64,000 nucleotides of DNA from Methanobacteriota archaeon (lineage in GTDB: Archaea; Methanobacteriota; Methanobacteria; Methanobacteriales; Methanobacteriaceae). Below, piece by piece: positions 50,643 through 61,942 of this stretch. The notes below the pieces were generated by a model. That model made no database searches and was not told the DNA's origin. It saw only the letters and a list, made by a program, of their open reading frames with translations. The translations under genes were made by a program, and so were the position numbers. The stretch lies in assembly GCA_963787255.1 (NCBI GenBank), contig CAWBCJ010000029.1, positions 1 to 64,000 of the forward strand. The letters run 5' to 3'. The stretch's first letter is position 1, and each line of letters begins with the position of its first letter.

Positions 50643-51733
50643 AATTCTATCCTCCTATGTGGTATGCTCTTTTTAAAGTTTTTAAGCGTTTTTTTATCTT
50701 TATAATTTAATATGCGAATAATGGATGGATATTTATCTATATATCGAGATAATGCATCTTTTTTTATTCTTGCTTCCAATGAAGATAATATCCTGGTTTT
50801 AAAGTGTCTGCTGAAGCCGCGTGAAATGCATTCTTCAACTTCTACAATGCTTTTAAAGGGTCTGCCTTTAATGATGTTTCTAACCGTGTTATCATCTAAA
50901 AGAGTCAATGATTTTAAATAGGTGTCAGAACCATTATTAACAAGCTCAATTATGCCTTTATCATCTCTTAAATTATGAAGTGGAGCCCTATTTGCTTCTA
51001 TTTCCCTTTCTAAAATCTCAATGGTTTGCTTGGGCAACATGTTACGGACTGATTCGAAATTATTGTTCAAAACAGCTTCCCTAATTTTAGTACCGCTTAC
51101 GCCTTCAATACGTTTTACAAATATGAATTTATCCTTGAAATCAAAATTGACTTTTGTCAAGGATTTTGAAAGAGATACAATAACGTAGTTATCTTCATGA
51201 AGCTTCCCACTAATTAAAACTTCCCTAGTATCCATATCAACAATTTTATAGGGTTTTGGAGCTACTCCCTTCCCATCCGATATTCTTTGGAGTATTTTTT
51301 CAAAACCAGGAATTGGTTTATAACCCCTAGGAATATAATCTGCATCCAATGCTTTAAAAATCTTTGCAAGACATAACGAATACTGCCCAGAACCCATTAT
51401 TCCCATGGGTGGGCCCTCTATAACAATATCTGCCCCAACAGCGACTGCAGAATCCGCCCTTGCATGACGTGTCATGATGTAGGGCAGTCCCCTGCCGCTA
51501 CGTTCAAATGGTCCCGGAACTACCGCAACAAATATTCCATCTTGAACCTGTTTTTTTGCCTCTATCATACAGTGTCTATGGCCCATATGTAATGGAGAAT
51601 ACTCAGTAAAGTCTGCAATTATTTTAAATGTATCTTCGGGCTCTAAATAGCATGGTTCTTTATTAAAGTCTTCCAGTAGGAGTTCTCGATCCCGGGAAAT
51701 ATAGTTTCTCACAAATTCTTCTTTGGAGATCAT
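50633..51733 (-). CDS. HIGH-motif nucleotidyltransferase (TmcAL-like)
   Basis: EYSPLHMGH, RG.PYI...RA..A...GADIVIE and SGTKIRE. Confidence 0.75.
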   Translation of the reverse strand: MISKEEFVRNYISRDRELLLEDFNKEPCYLEPEDTFKIIADFTEYSPLHMGHRHCMIEAKKQVQDGIFVAVVPGPFERSGRGLPYIMTRHARADSAVAVGADIVIEGPPMGIMGSGQYSLCLAKIFKALDADYIPRGYKPIPGFEKILQRISDGKGVAPKPYKIVDMDTREVLISGKLHEDNYVIVSLSKSLTKVNFDFKDKFIFVKRIEGVSGTKIREAVLNNNFESVRNMLPKQTIEILEREIEANRAPLHNLRDDKGIIELVNNGSDTYLKSLTLLDDNTVRNIIKGRPFKSIVEVEECISRGFSRHFKTRILSSLEARIKKDALSRYIDKYPSIIRILNYKDKKTLKNFKKSIPHRRIELWQ

Positions 51734-51851
51734 GTTGTTATATTTAAAAGCATTTAAATAAATGATTTTTCATGCTTCATTATTACTTCAAAATAATAAT
51801 GAATATAAATTTAAATAAGAATATCCAATATAAGTTAGGGGGACTTCATAG

Positions 51852-52385
51852 TTGAAAAAATACATTTTTATAATATTTCTCTTGTTTTTTGTTGCTGTAG
51901 TATCAGGATGCACCCGTTTAGAGCAAGATAATCAAACTTATGGAAATACAAACTACACCCTAACGGATAAAGACTCTAAAACAAAGTATTATGATGACAA
52001 TAGCATTTCATTTGATTATCCCAACAACTGGAACATAACAGTAAATAATTATAGTGTTTCTTTATTTAATGGCAGGAAACAGATCACCATTGAAAAACCC
52101 GGAATAACTGTTGCTTATAAATCTGAAAATACTTCCAGAAAGAACGTTTCTGCAACTGTTCCATTACCTCAAGCAGTTATATCAAATAAAACAATTACTA
52201 TTGATGGATTGAAAGCCCAAAAAATTACCTATAAAACAAAAGGCAGTTCTGGACCATCAAGGATGGAAATAACTATTAATAAAAATGGTGAATCATTCAA
52301 AATATATTTTTATGCACCGGAAGATGAATTTAATAATGCTGAATCAGATTTTAGCATAATAATCAACAGTTTAAAAATAAAATAA
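51852..52385 (+). CDS. PsbP/Mog1-like lipoprotein
   Basis: Lipobox VVSGC, ISFDYPNNW, TIDG..A and F..IINSLKIK. Confidence 0.75.
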   Translation: MKKYIFIIFLLFFVAVVSGCTRLEQDNQTYGNTNYTLTDKDSKTKYYDDNSISFDYPNNWNITVNNYSVSLFNGRKQITIEKPGITVAYKSENTSRKNVSATVPLPQAVISNKTITIDGLKAQKITYKTKGSSGPSRMEITINKNGESFKIYFYAPEDEFNNAESDFSIIINSLKIK

Positions 52386-52391
52386 CTCCAA

Positions 52392-54698
52392 TTGAATAAT
52401 TCATATATAATTGGTTTAACTGGAAGTTGCATGATGGAAAAATTAGGGCAAAATAAAATATATGGGCGTTTAATTGATGAAAAAAACAATCCAATTGCTG
52501 ATCTTAAAATAAAAGTATGGAATGCTAATTCTGGACTTTTTGAAGATAATAAAAAATTAGGGCGGTCAAAGACCAGTAATGAAGGTAAATTCGAAATTTA
52601 TTATTCTACAAACGCTCAAAAATCATTTAATAATGGTAAAATCAATATTAAATTGGATATTCTTGTTGATGATGAAGTCATAATGTCTATATCTAAAGAA
52701 AATATTAATGATATTTTCGATTTTGGAGATATAGAATTTAAAAAGTATAATATCGGTGTTAAAGGTAGGATTATTGATGAAAATGGAAATTCTATCTCTG
52801 GATTAACAGTGATTGCAGAAGATGTTGATTTTGGAAAAATGGAATTAAATGCACTTGGTTTAATTGAATCCAAAATTAAATCATTTATTAAAGATGAAGG
52901 AATATTAAGTAGTTCTTTTGATTTTATAAAAGAAAAATATGAAATCTTATTACCCTTTCGGGATGATTATTTAGGATCCGCTGTTACAGACGAAAATGGA
53001 TATTACTACATTATTTACCCTCCCGGAAGATATAAAGATATTTTAGATAAGGAACCAGACATAAAGATCATTGTTAAGGATAAATTGGGAGTATTCGAGC
53101 TTATAGAGACAGAAGTTCACAAGGACATTACCAGTGTTATAGAAAATATAGATGACATCATAATTCACCGTGCAGAAATTGAAGGATGGCACGTTACATT
53201 AAAAGGCAGTTCTCCATCACGACTTACCTCAAATAATAATTTCGAAATATTAATTGACAATAAAAATGCTCTGGAAAAGATTGTTGAAGTAATAGAGAAA
53301 GCAGAATCTTATATTTATTTAACTCAGTTTGAATTTTATCCGGATTTTATTCCTCGGTTCTTTTCTTCATCAGATGAAACATCAGAATATAAATCAGATG
53401 ATCCTTTAGTATACAAACTTTTAGAAGCTCAAAATCAAGGCACTGATGTTAAAATAATTATAAACGAGAATGCCATTGTTCCTGATAATTACGACGAATT
53501 ATACAACTATTTTAAGGACAGTGGAGTTGAAGTAAGGAGATTTCCAGCAAAAGGACCTTATGCAATGCACGCAAAAGTGCTGATTGTAGACGGGAATAAA
53601 GCTTTTATTATAGGCTCCCCATTCAGTCAAAGTTATTGGGATACTAATAAACATGACATCAACGAACCAAGACGTTTGAATAAAAATGAAGGACCTCTAC
53701 ATGATGTTTCAATATATCTGGAAGGTCCTGTGATCAATAATCTGGAAGAGTTTTTCATGGAACTCTGGAATTACCTTTCAGACCAGCATTTTGATGGGGA
53801 AGGTAAAATTAAAGAAATTAAATCTTTAAATAAAGAAATAATTTCTAATGAAGCTTCAAATAAAATACAAGAAATTAATCCATATTTAAAAGCTGAAAAT
53901 GAGTCTTTGCAAATTGTAAGATCAATCACTCCTGGTACGATAAGCAAAGAAGGAGAAGCAGGAGTATTGGAGGCTTATAGAAAAGCCATCACCAATGCAG
54001 AAGATTTTATATATCTTGAAAACCAGTATTTCACCAATAAATACATTATTGGAGCTTTAAAAGAAGCTATTGAGCTTAATCCAGATTTGCAGCTAATTAT
54101 GGTAATAAATGAAGTTCCTGACGTTCCAACTTACCGGAGCTGGCAACATTACGGTTTTGAATTCATGGGACTTGACCTGCAAAAGCTGATTATAGAACAT
54201 CCGCAGATTGGAGTATTTGCTAAATGGTCAGGTAAATTCCAAAATGGAAAGAATAAACTGCGAAATTGTTACATTCACAGCAAAGTAGCAATTGTAGATG
54301 ATATATGGGCTACAATAGGCACTTCCAACCTGGATGGTTCATCTTTAAGCTGTGCTGAAGAGTTTGGAAGCAGTGAAACTTCCGAAAATTATCGTAACAT
54401 GGAAATGAATGCTTTAATGTTTGACATGGACACCCCCAAAACCGGGAAAATTGAAAAATTCAGAAAAATATTATGGAGCGAACATTTAGGAATAGATATA
54501 ACCAATTTGGAGCGTCCTTTAAATGGATGGCTCGATTTATGGAAAGATAAAGGTTACGAGAATATAAGTGAATTGGAAAGGGAAGAAATTATTCTCCATG
54601 GTGGAATTTTACCTTACAGTACAAAGAAAAACTCTAAAGAACAGATAAAAGACCTTGTAGAACAGTATAGAAGAATAAAAGGAAGATTTAACCGTTGA
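52392..54698 (+). CDS. Phospholipase D-family protein with two N-terminal transthyretin/carboxypeptidase-regulatory-like domains
   Basis: Two HKD motifs (HAKVLIVD, HSKVAIVD), LHDV and IYLENQYF; duplicated GR.IDE..N.I..L...G...T...G.(F/Y).I.Y modules. The start may be the ATG at 52431. Confidence 0.88.
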   Translation: MNNSYIIGLTGSCMMEKLGQNKIYGRLIDEKNNPIADLKIKVWNANSGLFEDNKKLGRSKTSNEGKFEIYYSTNAQKSFNNGKINIKLDILVDDEVIMSISKENINDIFDFGDIEFKKYNIGVKGRIIDENGNSISGLTVIAEDVDFGKMELNALGLIESKIKSFIKDEGILSSSFDFIKEKYEILLPFRDDYLGSAVTDENGYYYIIYPPGRYKDILDKEPDIKIIVKDKLGVFELIETEVHKDITSVIENIDDIIIHRAEIEGWHVTLKGSSPSRLTSNNNFEILIDNKNALEKIVEVIEKAESYIYLTQFEFYPDFIPRFFSSSDETSEYKSDDPLVYKLLEAQNQGTDVKIIINENAIVPDNYDELYNYFKDSGVEVRRFPAKGPYAMHAKVLIVDGNKAFIIGSPFSQSYWDTNKHDINEPRRLNKNEGPLHDVSIYLEGPVINNLEEFFMELWNYLSDQHFDGEGKIKEIKSLNKEIISNEASNKIQEINPYLKAENESLQIVRSITPGTISKEGEAGVLEAYRKAITNAEDFIYLENQYFTNKYIIGALKEAIELNPDLQLIMVINEVPDVPTYRSWQHYGFEFMGLDLQKLIIEHPQIGVFAKWSGKFQNGKNKLRNCYIHSKVAIVDDIWATIGTSNLDGSSLSCAEEFGSSETSENYRNMEMNALMFDMDTPKTGKIEKFRKILWSEHLGIDITNLERPLNGWLDLWKDKGYENISELEREEIILHGGILPYSTKKNSKEQIKDLVEQYRRIKGRFNR

Positions 54699-54785
54699 AA
54701 TAGAATTAAAAAAAGTTAATAGATACTAATAATATAAAAATTAAATAAATTACAAAGGAATTTTATTAACCTAAAAGGTGTTAAA

Positions 54786-56078
54786 TTGATTGATTTATGC
54801 TTAACTAACTGTAAAATCGTTCCCGAAAACTTAGAATGTTCCATAGGGATTGATAATGGAAAAATTGTTTCCATTACAAAAATACCCCCTAAAAGCAGTG
54901 AAATAATGGATATTAAAGGAAACCCAATTTTACCCGGTTTAATTGATTCACACGTTCATTTTAGAGATCCAGGGCTTACGTATAAAGAAGATTTTAGAAG
55001 CGGCAGTGAAGCAGCAGCAAACGGAGGATTCACCACAATTATGGATATGCCCAATACTAAACCTCCTACAGTAACTAAAAAAGCCTTTCTAGAGAAATTG
55101 GATATTGCCAGGAAAAAGAGCATTGTTGATTTTGCGCTGCATGCAAGCGTATATGATACTAAACAAATTAAACCAATATCCGAGCTTAAACCTGCTTCTT
55201 TTAAAATATACATGGATTCAGTTGATAACGGATTTTTAATGGAAGTTTTTGAAGAAATTTCAAAATTAAACGAAAAGAAATTAATTTCGCTTCACGCCGA
55301 AGAAAAAGATATAACAAACTATTGCACAGATGATGCAAAAATGAACGGCAGTATAAATCCTGAAATTTATGCAGAAGCACGGCCACCCATTGCTGAAATC
55401 ACTGGTACCTCTATAGCAGTTTCCATGGCGCTTTATTTCAATTTAGCTATTCATATTTGCCATGTTAGTGCTAAACAAACTCTTGAACTTATAGAAAATG
55501 CTAAAAAGCAAGGATGCAAAATTACATCTGAAATAACACCCCATCATCTATTATTAGATTCAAGTTATCTTAAAAAAATGGGTAATTTAGCCAAAACAAA
55601 TCCGCCTCTTAGAAATAACGCACATAGGTTGAAAATTTCTGATTTAAATCAAATAGAACTGATAGGAACGGACCATGCTCCTCATACAATTAAAGAAAAG
55701 AAATATAATTTATGGGAGGCACCACCAGGAATCCCCAACCTTGAAACAACACTGCCACTGCTTTTAACTCATGTTAACCAGGGGAAAATGACCTTTGGTG
55801 AAATTAAAAGACTTCTATCCGAAAATCCGGCCCAAATTTTCAGTCTTCAAAACAAAGGTAGAATAGAAAAGGGAATGGACGCAGACTTTGTAGTAGTTGA
55901 TATGAAAAAAGAATGCACCATAAATCCAGAAAACTTTAAAACTAAGGCTAAATACTCTCCTTTTGAAGGTTTCAATGTAAAAGGAATGCCAGTTATGACC
56001 ATGATTCGTGGCCATGTGGTTATGGAAAATGGCGAGATTTTTGAAAATAAAGGAGAACATGTTTACAAAATAAGATGA
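54786..56078 (+). CDS. pyrC: Dihydroorotase
   Basis: DSHVHFRDPG, DMPNT, EITPHHL, NPPLR and TDHAPH. Confidence 0.93.
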   Translation: MIDLCLTNCKIVPENLECSIGIDNGKIVSITKIPPKSSEIMDIKGNPILPGLIDSHVHFRDPGLTYKEDFRSGSEAAANGGFTTIMDMPNTKPPTVTKKAFLEKLDIARKKSIVDFALHASVYDTKQIKPISELKPASFKIYMDSVDNGFLMEVFEEISKLNEKKLISLHAEEKDITNYCTDDAKMNGSINPEIYAEARPPIAEITGTSIAVSMALYFNLAIHICHVSAKQTLELIENAKKQGCKITSEITPHHLLLDSSYLKKMGNLAKTNPPLRNNAHRLKISDLNQIELIGTDHAPHTIKEKKYNLWEAPPGIPNLETTLPLLLTHVNQGKMTFGEIKRLLSENPAQIFSLQNKGRIEKGMDADFVVVDMKKECTINPENFKTKAKYSPFEGFNVKGMPVMTMIRGHVVMENGEIFENKGEHVYKIR

Positions 56079-56111
56079 AGTGTGCATTAAAATAAAGTAA
56101 GGAGTGATAAA

Positions 56112-56294
56112 ATGTGCGAATCAACAGTTTACTCAACAGATGGTGACACCATCATGGAAGATGTGCTATACATTAAAATAAACGACGAAAAAATTGATCT
56201 TACAGACATATTGGGTCAGAAAAAAAACATAACTGGCACAATAGTTGAACTTGACCTAGATAAACACGGTATTTTCATAAAAATGAATAAATAA
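56112..56294 (+). CDS. CooT-family nickel-binding protein
   Basis: MCESTVY...IMEDV...DILG...LDKH. Confidence 0.8.
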   Translation: MCESTVYSTDGDTIMEDVLYIKINDEKIDLTDILGQKKNITGTIVELDLDKHGIFIKMNK

Positions 56295-56633
56295 AATAAT
56301 TATTTTTTTCTTTTTGACTTTAATTCAATTATTCAGATATAATAGTAGTTTAAAATTAAGAATTTACTTGTGCAAAATATCATCTTTATAAATAATTTAT
56401 ATCATCCTATGAAATTTTTCACAAATCACATGAAAATGTTAAAACTATTATTAGACTTAGAGTTTCAAGTATATTTATTTTTTTAAATTGTGAATTTAAA
56501 AAAGAACCTATAACCAATATTTTTTTCCATATTTAATTTGAAAAACACTGTAATTTAAAGTTTAAGGAATAATAAAATTTTAAAATAAATTTTAGAATAT
56601 AATTTAGTGTTTAGAACTAAAAATAAAATATGT

Positions 56634-56651
56634 TGGTGGAAAAATCCACCA
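56634..56651. terminator. Hairpin downstream of mvhB
   Basis: TGGTGGA-AAAA-TCCACCA next to a T-tract on the minus strand. Confidence 0.55.
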
Positions 56652-56664
56652 GAAAAAAAATTCC

Positions 56665-57864
56665 TTATTTTAGAGATAATGCTGTGTTTGGACAGAAATC
56701 AATACATTTGTCACAGAGTATACAGAATCCTTTAAGGGGTACTTTTGCACCTTCTTCAAGTTTCAGCATGTCGTAAGGACATACTTCAACACAGTCACCA
56801 CATTCATCACACAATGCAGGGCTGAATTCAATTCTATCTCTTTTGACCATTTCACCGTTGATTTCTTTGTCTACTTCTGTCACTCTAAGTGCACCTGTTG
56901 GACAAATGGAAGCACATGCTCCACATCTTGTACACATTGCGTAAGATTCACCAGGTTCCACTTTTATGGCTTCAGTAGGACATACGGTAGCACATCCACC
57001 ATCTAAGATACAAAGTTCTTCATTCCTGACAAGTCCTTTATCAGAGGCAGGTGTAGCCGGTCCAAGTTCCACATCAAGGTTTATAGCCTCAACAGGACAC
57101 ATTTGAGCGCAAAGTCCGCACGCTGTACAAATATCTGGAAGTTCCACTGAAAGATCAGCAGCCTTGGACTTAATAAAGTCTCCAGGACACGCTTCGACAC
57201 ATACATTACATCCAATACATGCATCTTGGTCAAGATCGAATGCTATTATGTCTTTAGATCGTTTAACTGGTTCTTTACCGGAGATATACACTGCATTCCA
57301 TGGGCATGTTTGAGAACATACTCCACATTTAATACATGCTTCTTCATCGATTTCGATTGGTTCACCTATTTCAGAAAGGGTTATAGCATCAACAGGGCAT
57401 TCATCTACACACATTCCACAGCCGACACAATCAACAATTGCTATAGGTCCTGAAATATCCTTTTCAATGATTTTAGGCTCTATTATACCTTCCACTCCAA
57501 TAACGTCAACTGGACATACATCCACACATTTCTGGCACATTACACAGAATCCTTCTAAAGGAACTGTTTGGACTTTTCCTTCTTCTAGTTTTAAGACATT
57601 TGGAGGGCAAACTTCTACACATTCTCCACATTCATCACATAATGAAGGGCTGAACACTATGCGAGTTTGAGTTTCACCAGTATCGCCTATTGGCATTTCT
57701 GCTGATTTTAAGGCGCCTGTTGGGCATGTTGTCACGCATTTTGGTTCACCTGCACACATATCGCAGTAAATCACATCTTCAGGTGATACCGCAATTGCTG
57801 CTGTTGGACATGTGCCTTCACAAGCCCCACATCTAATGCAACCTTCCTTATTTACTACTATCAT
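56665..57864 (-). CDS. mvhB: Polyferredoxin MvhB
   Basis: About twelve CxxCxxCxxxCP-type motifs; last gene of the mvh operon. Confidence 0.93.
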   Translation of the reverse strand: MIVVNKEGCIRCGACEGTCPTAAIAVSPEDVIYCDMCAGEPKCVTTCPTGALKSAEMPIGDTGETQTRIVFSPSLCDECGECVEVCPPNVLKLEEGKVQTVPLEGFCVMCQKCVDVCPVDVIGVEGIIEPKIIEKDISGPIAIVDCVGCGMCVDECPVDAITLSEIGEPIEIDEEACIKCGVCSQTCPWNAVYISGKEPVKRSKDIIAFDLDQDACIGCNVCVEACPGDFIKSKAADLSVELPDICTACGLCAQMCPVEAINLDVELGPATPASDKGLVRNEELCILDGGCATVCPTEAIKVEPGESYAMCTRCGACASICPTGALRVTEVDKEINGEMVKRDRIEFSPALCDECGDCVEVCPYDMLKLEEGAKVPLKGFCILCDKCIDFCPNTALSLK

Positions 57865-57887
57865 TTTTTTTCACCCGTTATATTGGT

Positions 57888-59306
57888 TTAAATTTTGTTT
57901 ATAAGGTTTCCTTGGCTATCGAAAACTTCAAGGGTTGCGAGTTTCATTTGACTGTCAACTTCGTGGGTTGCACAAGATAGACATGGGTCATATGCTCTTA
58001 TTACCATCTCCATTAGGTTGAAAATGCTGTCATCTACTTCTACACCAGGTTTTATATAATCTTTAGCAACTTTCTGAATACCCATTTCCATGGATGGGTT
58101 ATTCTGGATTGTTGCAACTACAATGTTTGCTTTAGTAACGAGTCCATTTTCGTCAGTGGCATAATGGTGAGTTAATGTTCCCCTTGGTGCTTCTACAATT
58201 CCTATACCTTCACCAGCTACTTTTTCAAGGGAATCCTGCCATTTTTGACCGGATAAATCCTGTTCTAAAGTATCAGCAGCACATTCTGCACATGCTACTA
58301 GCTCTATGAGTCTTGCCCAGTGGAAGAGTAATGGTTCGTGTGCGTAGCCGAATGTGTTTTTGAATTCTTTAAAGTATTCCTGTGCTTTAGGTGCAACATC
58401 TGGCATTTTGTCAACTACATTCAACCTTGAAAGAGGTGCAACCCTGTAGATACCTTCGGGGTAGCCTATATCCTTTATGTATGGGAATTTCAAGTAAGAG
58501 TATGGTTTTGTTTTCTCTGCAATGTAGTCAAGGTAATCGTTATTTGCAAATTCCACGTAAGGGTTACCTTCTGGGTCTTTCATCCTTACATCACCGTTGT
58601 ATACATCCCATACACCGTCATTTACAAGACCAGTGTGATATGTTTTAACATAACCAAGTTCCTTTACAAGATCTAAGTTTTCTTCAAAGATTGGAATTGC
58701 TGTTTGAATTGTAGCTTCTGCTAATTCAATGTTCCTTTGTGCTTTTGCAAGTAAATCTTTTTGAGTTTCATCATCAAGTTCTGTGGATATACCACCAGGT
58801 AAGTTTGATGTTGGGTGAATTGGTCTTCCACCAGTTGCTGTTACAATTGCAAGAGCGTTTTTCCTGAGTTCTATAGCCTGTAAAGCTAATTCAGGTGCGT
58901 CTTTAATAATTTGGAAAACATTTCTTGTTTTTCTGTCTTTACCTGCTATAAAATCAGGTGCAGCCAGGAAATAGAAGTGGAGTGCGTGGGAGTGCATGTA
59001 TGAACCCCAGTTCATAAGTTCCCTCATTTTGTATGCTGCTGGGAGAACATCTTCAGGAGCAAACCCGAAAACACCATCAACAGCTTTTGTAGCTGCAAGG
59101 TGGTGTTGTACGTCACATATACCACATATTCTTGGCACTATTCTTGGTACGTCTTCTATTTGTCTTCCTTGTAAGAATTTTTCAAATCCACGGAATTCCA
59201 TTACGTGAAGTCTTGTATCTTCTACGTTTCCTGCGTCGTCAAGTTGTACGGTAATTTTTGCGTGACCTTCAATTCTTGTTACAGGTTCAAGTGTTATTTT
59301 AACCAT
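57888..59306 (-). CDS. mvhA: F420-non-reducing [NiFe] hydrogenase large subunit
   Basis: TRIEGH, RICGIC and [12 protein letters not shown]. Confidence 0.97.
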   Translation of the reverse strand: MVKITLEPVTRIEGHAKITVQLDDAGNVEDTRLHVMEFRGFEKFLQGRQIEDVPRIVPRICGICDVQHHLAATKAVDGVFGFAPEDVLPAAYKMRELMNWGSYMHSHALHFYFLAAPDFIAGKDRKTRNVFQIIKDAPELALQAIELRKNALAIVTATGGRPIHPTSNLPGGISTELDDETQKDLLAKAQRNIELAEATIQTAIPIFEENLDLVKELGYVKTYHTGLVNDGVWDVYNGDVRMKDPEGNPYVEFANNDYLDYIAEKTKPYSYLKFPYIKDIGYPEGIYRVAPLSRLNVVDKMPDVAPKAQEYFKEFKNTFGYAHEPLLFHWARLIELVACAECAADTLEQDLSGQKWQDSLEKVAGEGIGIVEAPRGTLTHHYATDENGLVTKANIVVATIQNNPSMEMGIQKVAKDYIKPGVEVDDSIFNLMEMVIRAYDPCLSCATHEVDSQMKLATLEVFDSQGNLINKI

Positions 59307-59307
59307 A

Positions 59308-60240
59308 TTATTTTCCCTCCATTTTCCTTACTTTCATAGGTACTAATGAAGCAGGGAGTGTGAATGTGTAGAAAGTACCTACAACGTCGTCGAGTTGTTC
59401 TGCAACTTTTTCTGGGTCAACGGTTTTATCTTCTCCAAGACCGTAGTCAGATCCAATTGCACTTATCATTTTAGCTCCTTGATCCATTACTTTTGAGGTT
59501 GGTCCGTAGCATCCTCTACAAGGTACTGCAATGCTTGGACATTCTGCTCCGCAAAGTGAGAGTGTTGCAGGGCCCATGCAAACTAATCCCTGAGTTACAA
59601 GACATACATCTTCTTCAGGCTTACCTAATTCAAACTGTCTTTTGATTTCGTCCATTGCCATTCCTTCTGGTGGCTTCTCTCTTGGACAAACTTCACATAG
59701 GTTTGTGTTTGGTATTTCAAGAGGTTTTCCTGTAAGTAAAGCGACAATTGCTTCTGCTGTAACGTCAGATCTTGGTGGGCAGCCAGGAATAGCTACATCA
59801 ATATCTATAACTTCGCCAAGAGGTTTTACCCTACTTTCAAATGTTGGTACTTCTTCTGATGGAAGAATACCTTCAGGGTTTACGTTACTTGGGCAGTTTA
59901 AGTATGCTTCATTTAGAAGTTCTTCGTTGGTGCATAAGTTTCCAAGTCCTGGAATTCCGCCGTAAACAGCGCATGTACCATATGCTATAACGATATCGGC
60001 TTTTTCTCTGATTTTGTGTGCCATTTCAAGGTTTTCATCGTTTCTGATTCCACCTTCAACAATAGCAACGTTTACTTTTGGAATTTCGTCGTATTTAACA
60101 TCCATTAAAACAGGGCTGTGTTCAAATTCTGCTAGTTCCATTACGTCAATAATAGCTTCGTGTATATCTGCAATGGATAGGTGACAGCCTGAACAGCCTG
60201 AAAGCCATGTTGTTAATATCTTAACTTTTTCATCTGCCAT
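59308..60240 (-). CDS. mvhG: F420-non-reducing hydrogenase small subunit
   Basis: GCSGCH, GTCA..GG, PGCPP and CRGCYG. Confidence 0.96.
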   Translation of the reverse strand: MADEKVKILTTWLSGCSGCHLSIADIHEAIIDVMELAEFEHSPVLMDVKYDEIPKVNVAIVEGGIRNDENLEMAHKIREKADIVIAYGTCAVYGGIPGLGNLCTNEELLNEAYLNCPSNVNPEGILPSEEVPTFESRVKPLGEVIDIDVAIPGCPPRSDVTAEAIVALLTGKPLEIPNTNLCEVCPREKPPEGMAMDEIKRQFELGKPEEDVCLVTQGLVCMGPATLSLCGAECPSIAVPCRGCYGPTSKVMDQGAKMISAIGSDYGLGEDKTVDPEKVAEQLDDVVGTFYTFTLPASLVPMKVRKMEGK

Positions 60241-60242
60241 TT

Positions 60243-60680
60243 TTATGCCTCCGCTTCTGCTTCACTTAACTGTGCTTTAAGCGGTGATGGTCCAAGATTC
60301 TTAACACGATCAACCATCATTTGAACTGTATTCGCGAATTTTTCCCCTTCTGATGCGGAGATCCAGTCGTGGTATACTCTTTCTTTTCCTATTCCGAGAT
60401 CTTCTACCAGTTTGTAGATTAATCTCATCCTTCTGTCTAATTTGTAGTTTCCTGCATCGTAGTGGCAGTCTCCGTGGTGGCAACCAGCTACAATTACACC
60501 GTCTGCACCTTCTTTGAATGCCTTTAGAACAAATTGTGGTTCTATACGTCCTGAACACATTACTCGTATTACACGTATGTTCGGAGGATATTGCATCCTT
60601 GCAGTACCTGCAGTGTCCGCTCCACCATAGGAGCACCAGTTACAACAAAACATAACGATTTTTATATCATCCTCAGCCAT
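60243..60680 (-). CDS. mvhD: F420-non-reducing hydrogenase iron-sulfur subunit D
   Basis: [28 protein letters not shown] and WISASEG; GGAGG RBS before MAEDD. Confidence 0.97.
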   Translation of the reverse strand: MAEDDIKIVMFCCNWCSYGGADTAGTARMQYPPNIRVIRVMCSGRIEPQFVLKAFKEGADGVIVAGCHHGDCHYDAGNYKLDRRMRLIYKLVEDLGIGKERVYHDWISASEGEKFANTVQMMVDRVKNLGPSPLKAQLSEAEAEA

Positions 60681-61180
60681 AGAGTTTCCTCCTTGCGTTT
60701 CCATGTACTTATAAGTTGTACTAATTTGTGTACTATGTACACTTATAGGTATAAAACCACTTAATATAAAGGTTATTTATAAATCTAAGTCGAAAAATTT
60801 ATATATGAAAACCTGAGGATCATATTTAAAATAAGTAGAATAAAGAAGTTTATTCCTATTTATCATGATGTTTAACTATTAAACTATTATTCAACATCTA
60901 TTATATTTTAATTTTAGTAAATAGCCCATATAAACACGTTAATTCCTATAATTGGAACTAGTTAATATTAATTATTTTATATTACTAAATAACATCTTAT
61001 TGTTTAAATATAACTTTCTGTTTTTATTAAATTCTAATTTATAATTAATGCAAATTAACTTTTTTAAATCTTTTAAGTTAACAGTTGTTAAGTAGCAAGA
61101 GCAATATAAATTATAATTACAAAAGAATTATTTTAAGTAAAAATAAAACCCATAATATATAAAAAAATGGTGGTGGTAAA

Positions 61181-61942
61181 CTGCTACTTGAAATAACCGA
61201 TTTAGCTGTTGAAGTAAGCGGTAGAGAAGTATTAAGCGATATAGACCTTTATATTGACAAAGGAGAAACTCACGTTCTTTTAGGACCAAATGGATCAGGA
61301 AAAAGCACATTATTCATGGCAATACTTGGATTTCCAAAATATAAAATAACCCGAGGAGAAATAATCTTCAAAGGCGAAAATATAACCAATTATAACACTA
61401 CAGAACGCGTAAAAGCAGGTATAGGCGTTAGTTTCCAAAATCCTCCAGCAATACGTGGGGTGAAATTAAAAAGTATTCTCCAAATGGAAAGTATGGGCGG
61501 CCTAACTGACGATGAAGAATTAAACCCTGAAATGATGGAATTAGCTGAAAAACTAAAAATGAGCGACAGATTTTTAGAGCGGGATGTGAATCTTGGATTT
61601 TCGGGTGGCGAAGTAAAGCGTTCGGAGATTCTACAGCTTCTCGCACAGCAACCGGACTTTGTAATGTTTGATGAGCCAGATTCTGGTGTTGATATCGAAA
61701 ATGTAGAGCTTCTAGCAGAAGAAATTAATGTATTACTAGATAAAGACAAGAAACCAGGTTTGAGGGAAAAATCAGGACTTCTTATAACTCACCTGGGCTA
61801 TATTTTGAATTTTGTAAGTGCAGACACCGCTCATGTGCTTATGGATGGTAAAATAGCCTGTTCAGGAAATCCCGCTGAAATTTTAGAAGATATACGAAAA
61901 GAAGGATTTAAAGGATGTGTTGAATGTTGCAGAGTACATTAG
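61181..61942 (+). CDS. sufC: Fe-S assembly ATPase SufC/SmsC (probable CTG start)
   Basis: The frame extends upstream of ORF 61316 through Walker A GPNGSGKS to CTG-LLEITDL; FSGGEVKR, DEPDSG and a C-terminal CVEC. Confidence 0.92.
   Translation: MLLEITDLAVEVSGREVLSDIDLYIDKGETHVLLGPNGSGKSTLFMAILGFPKYKITRGEIIFKGENITNYNTTERVKAGIGVSFQNPPAIRGVKLKSILQMESMGGLTDDEELNPEMMELAEKLKMSDRFLERDVNLGFSGGEVKRSEILQLLAQQPDFVMFDEPDSGVDIENVELLAEEINVLLDKDKKPGLREKSGLLITHLGYILNFVSADTAHVLMDGKIACSGNPAEILEDIRKEGFKGCVECCRVH

Noticed and set aside
57888-60680. Possible selenocysteine recoding in mvhA/mvhD
   Set aside because: Both frames are open with Cys at the relevant positions and contain no in-frame TGA.
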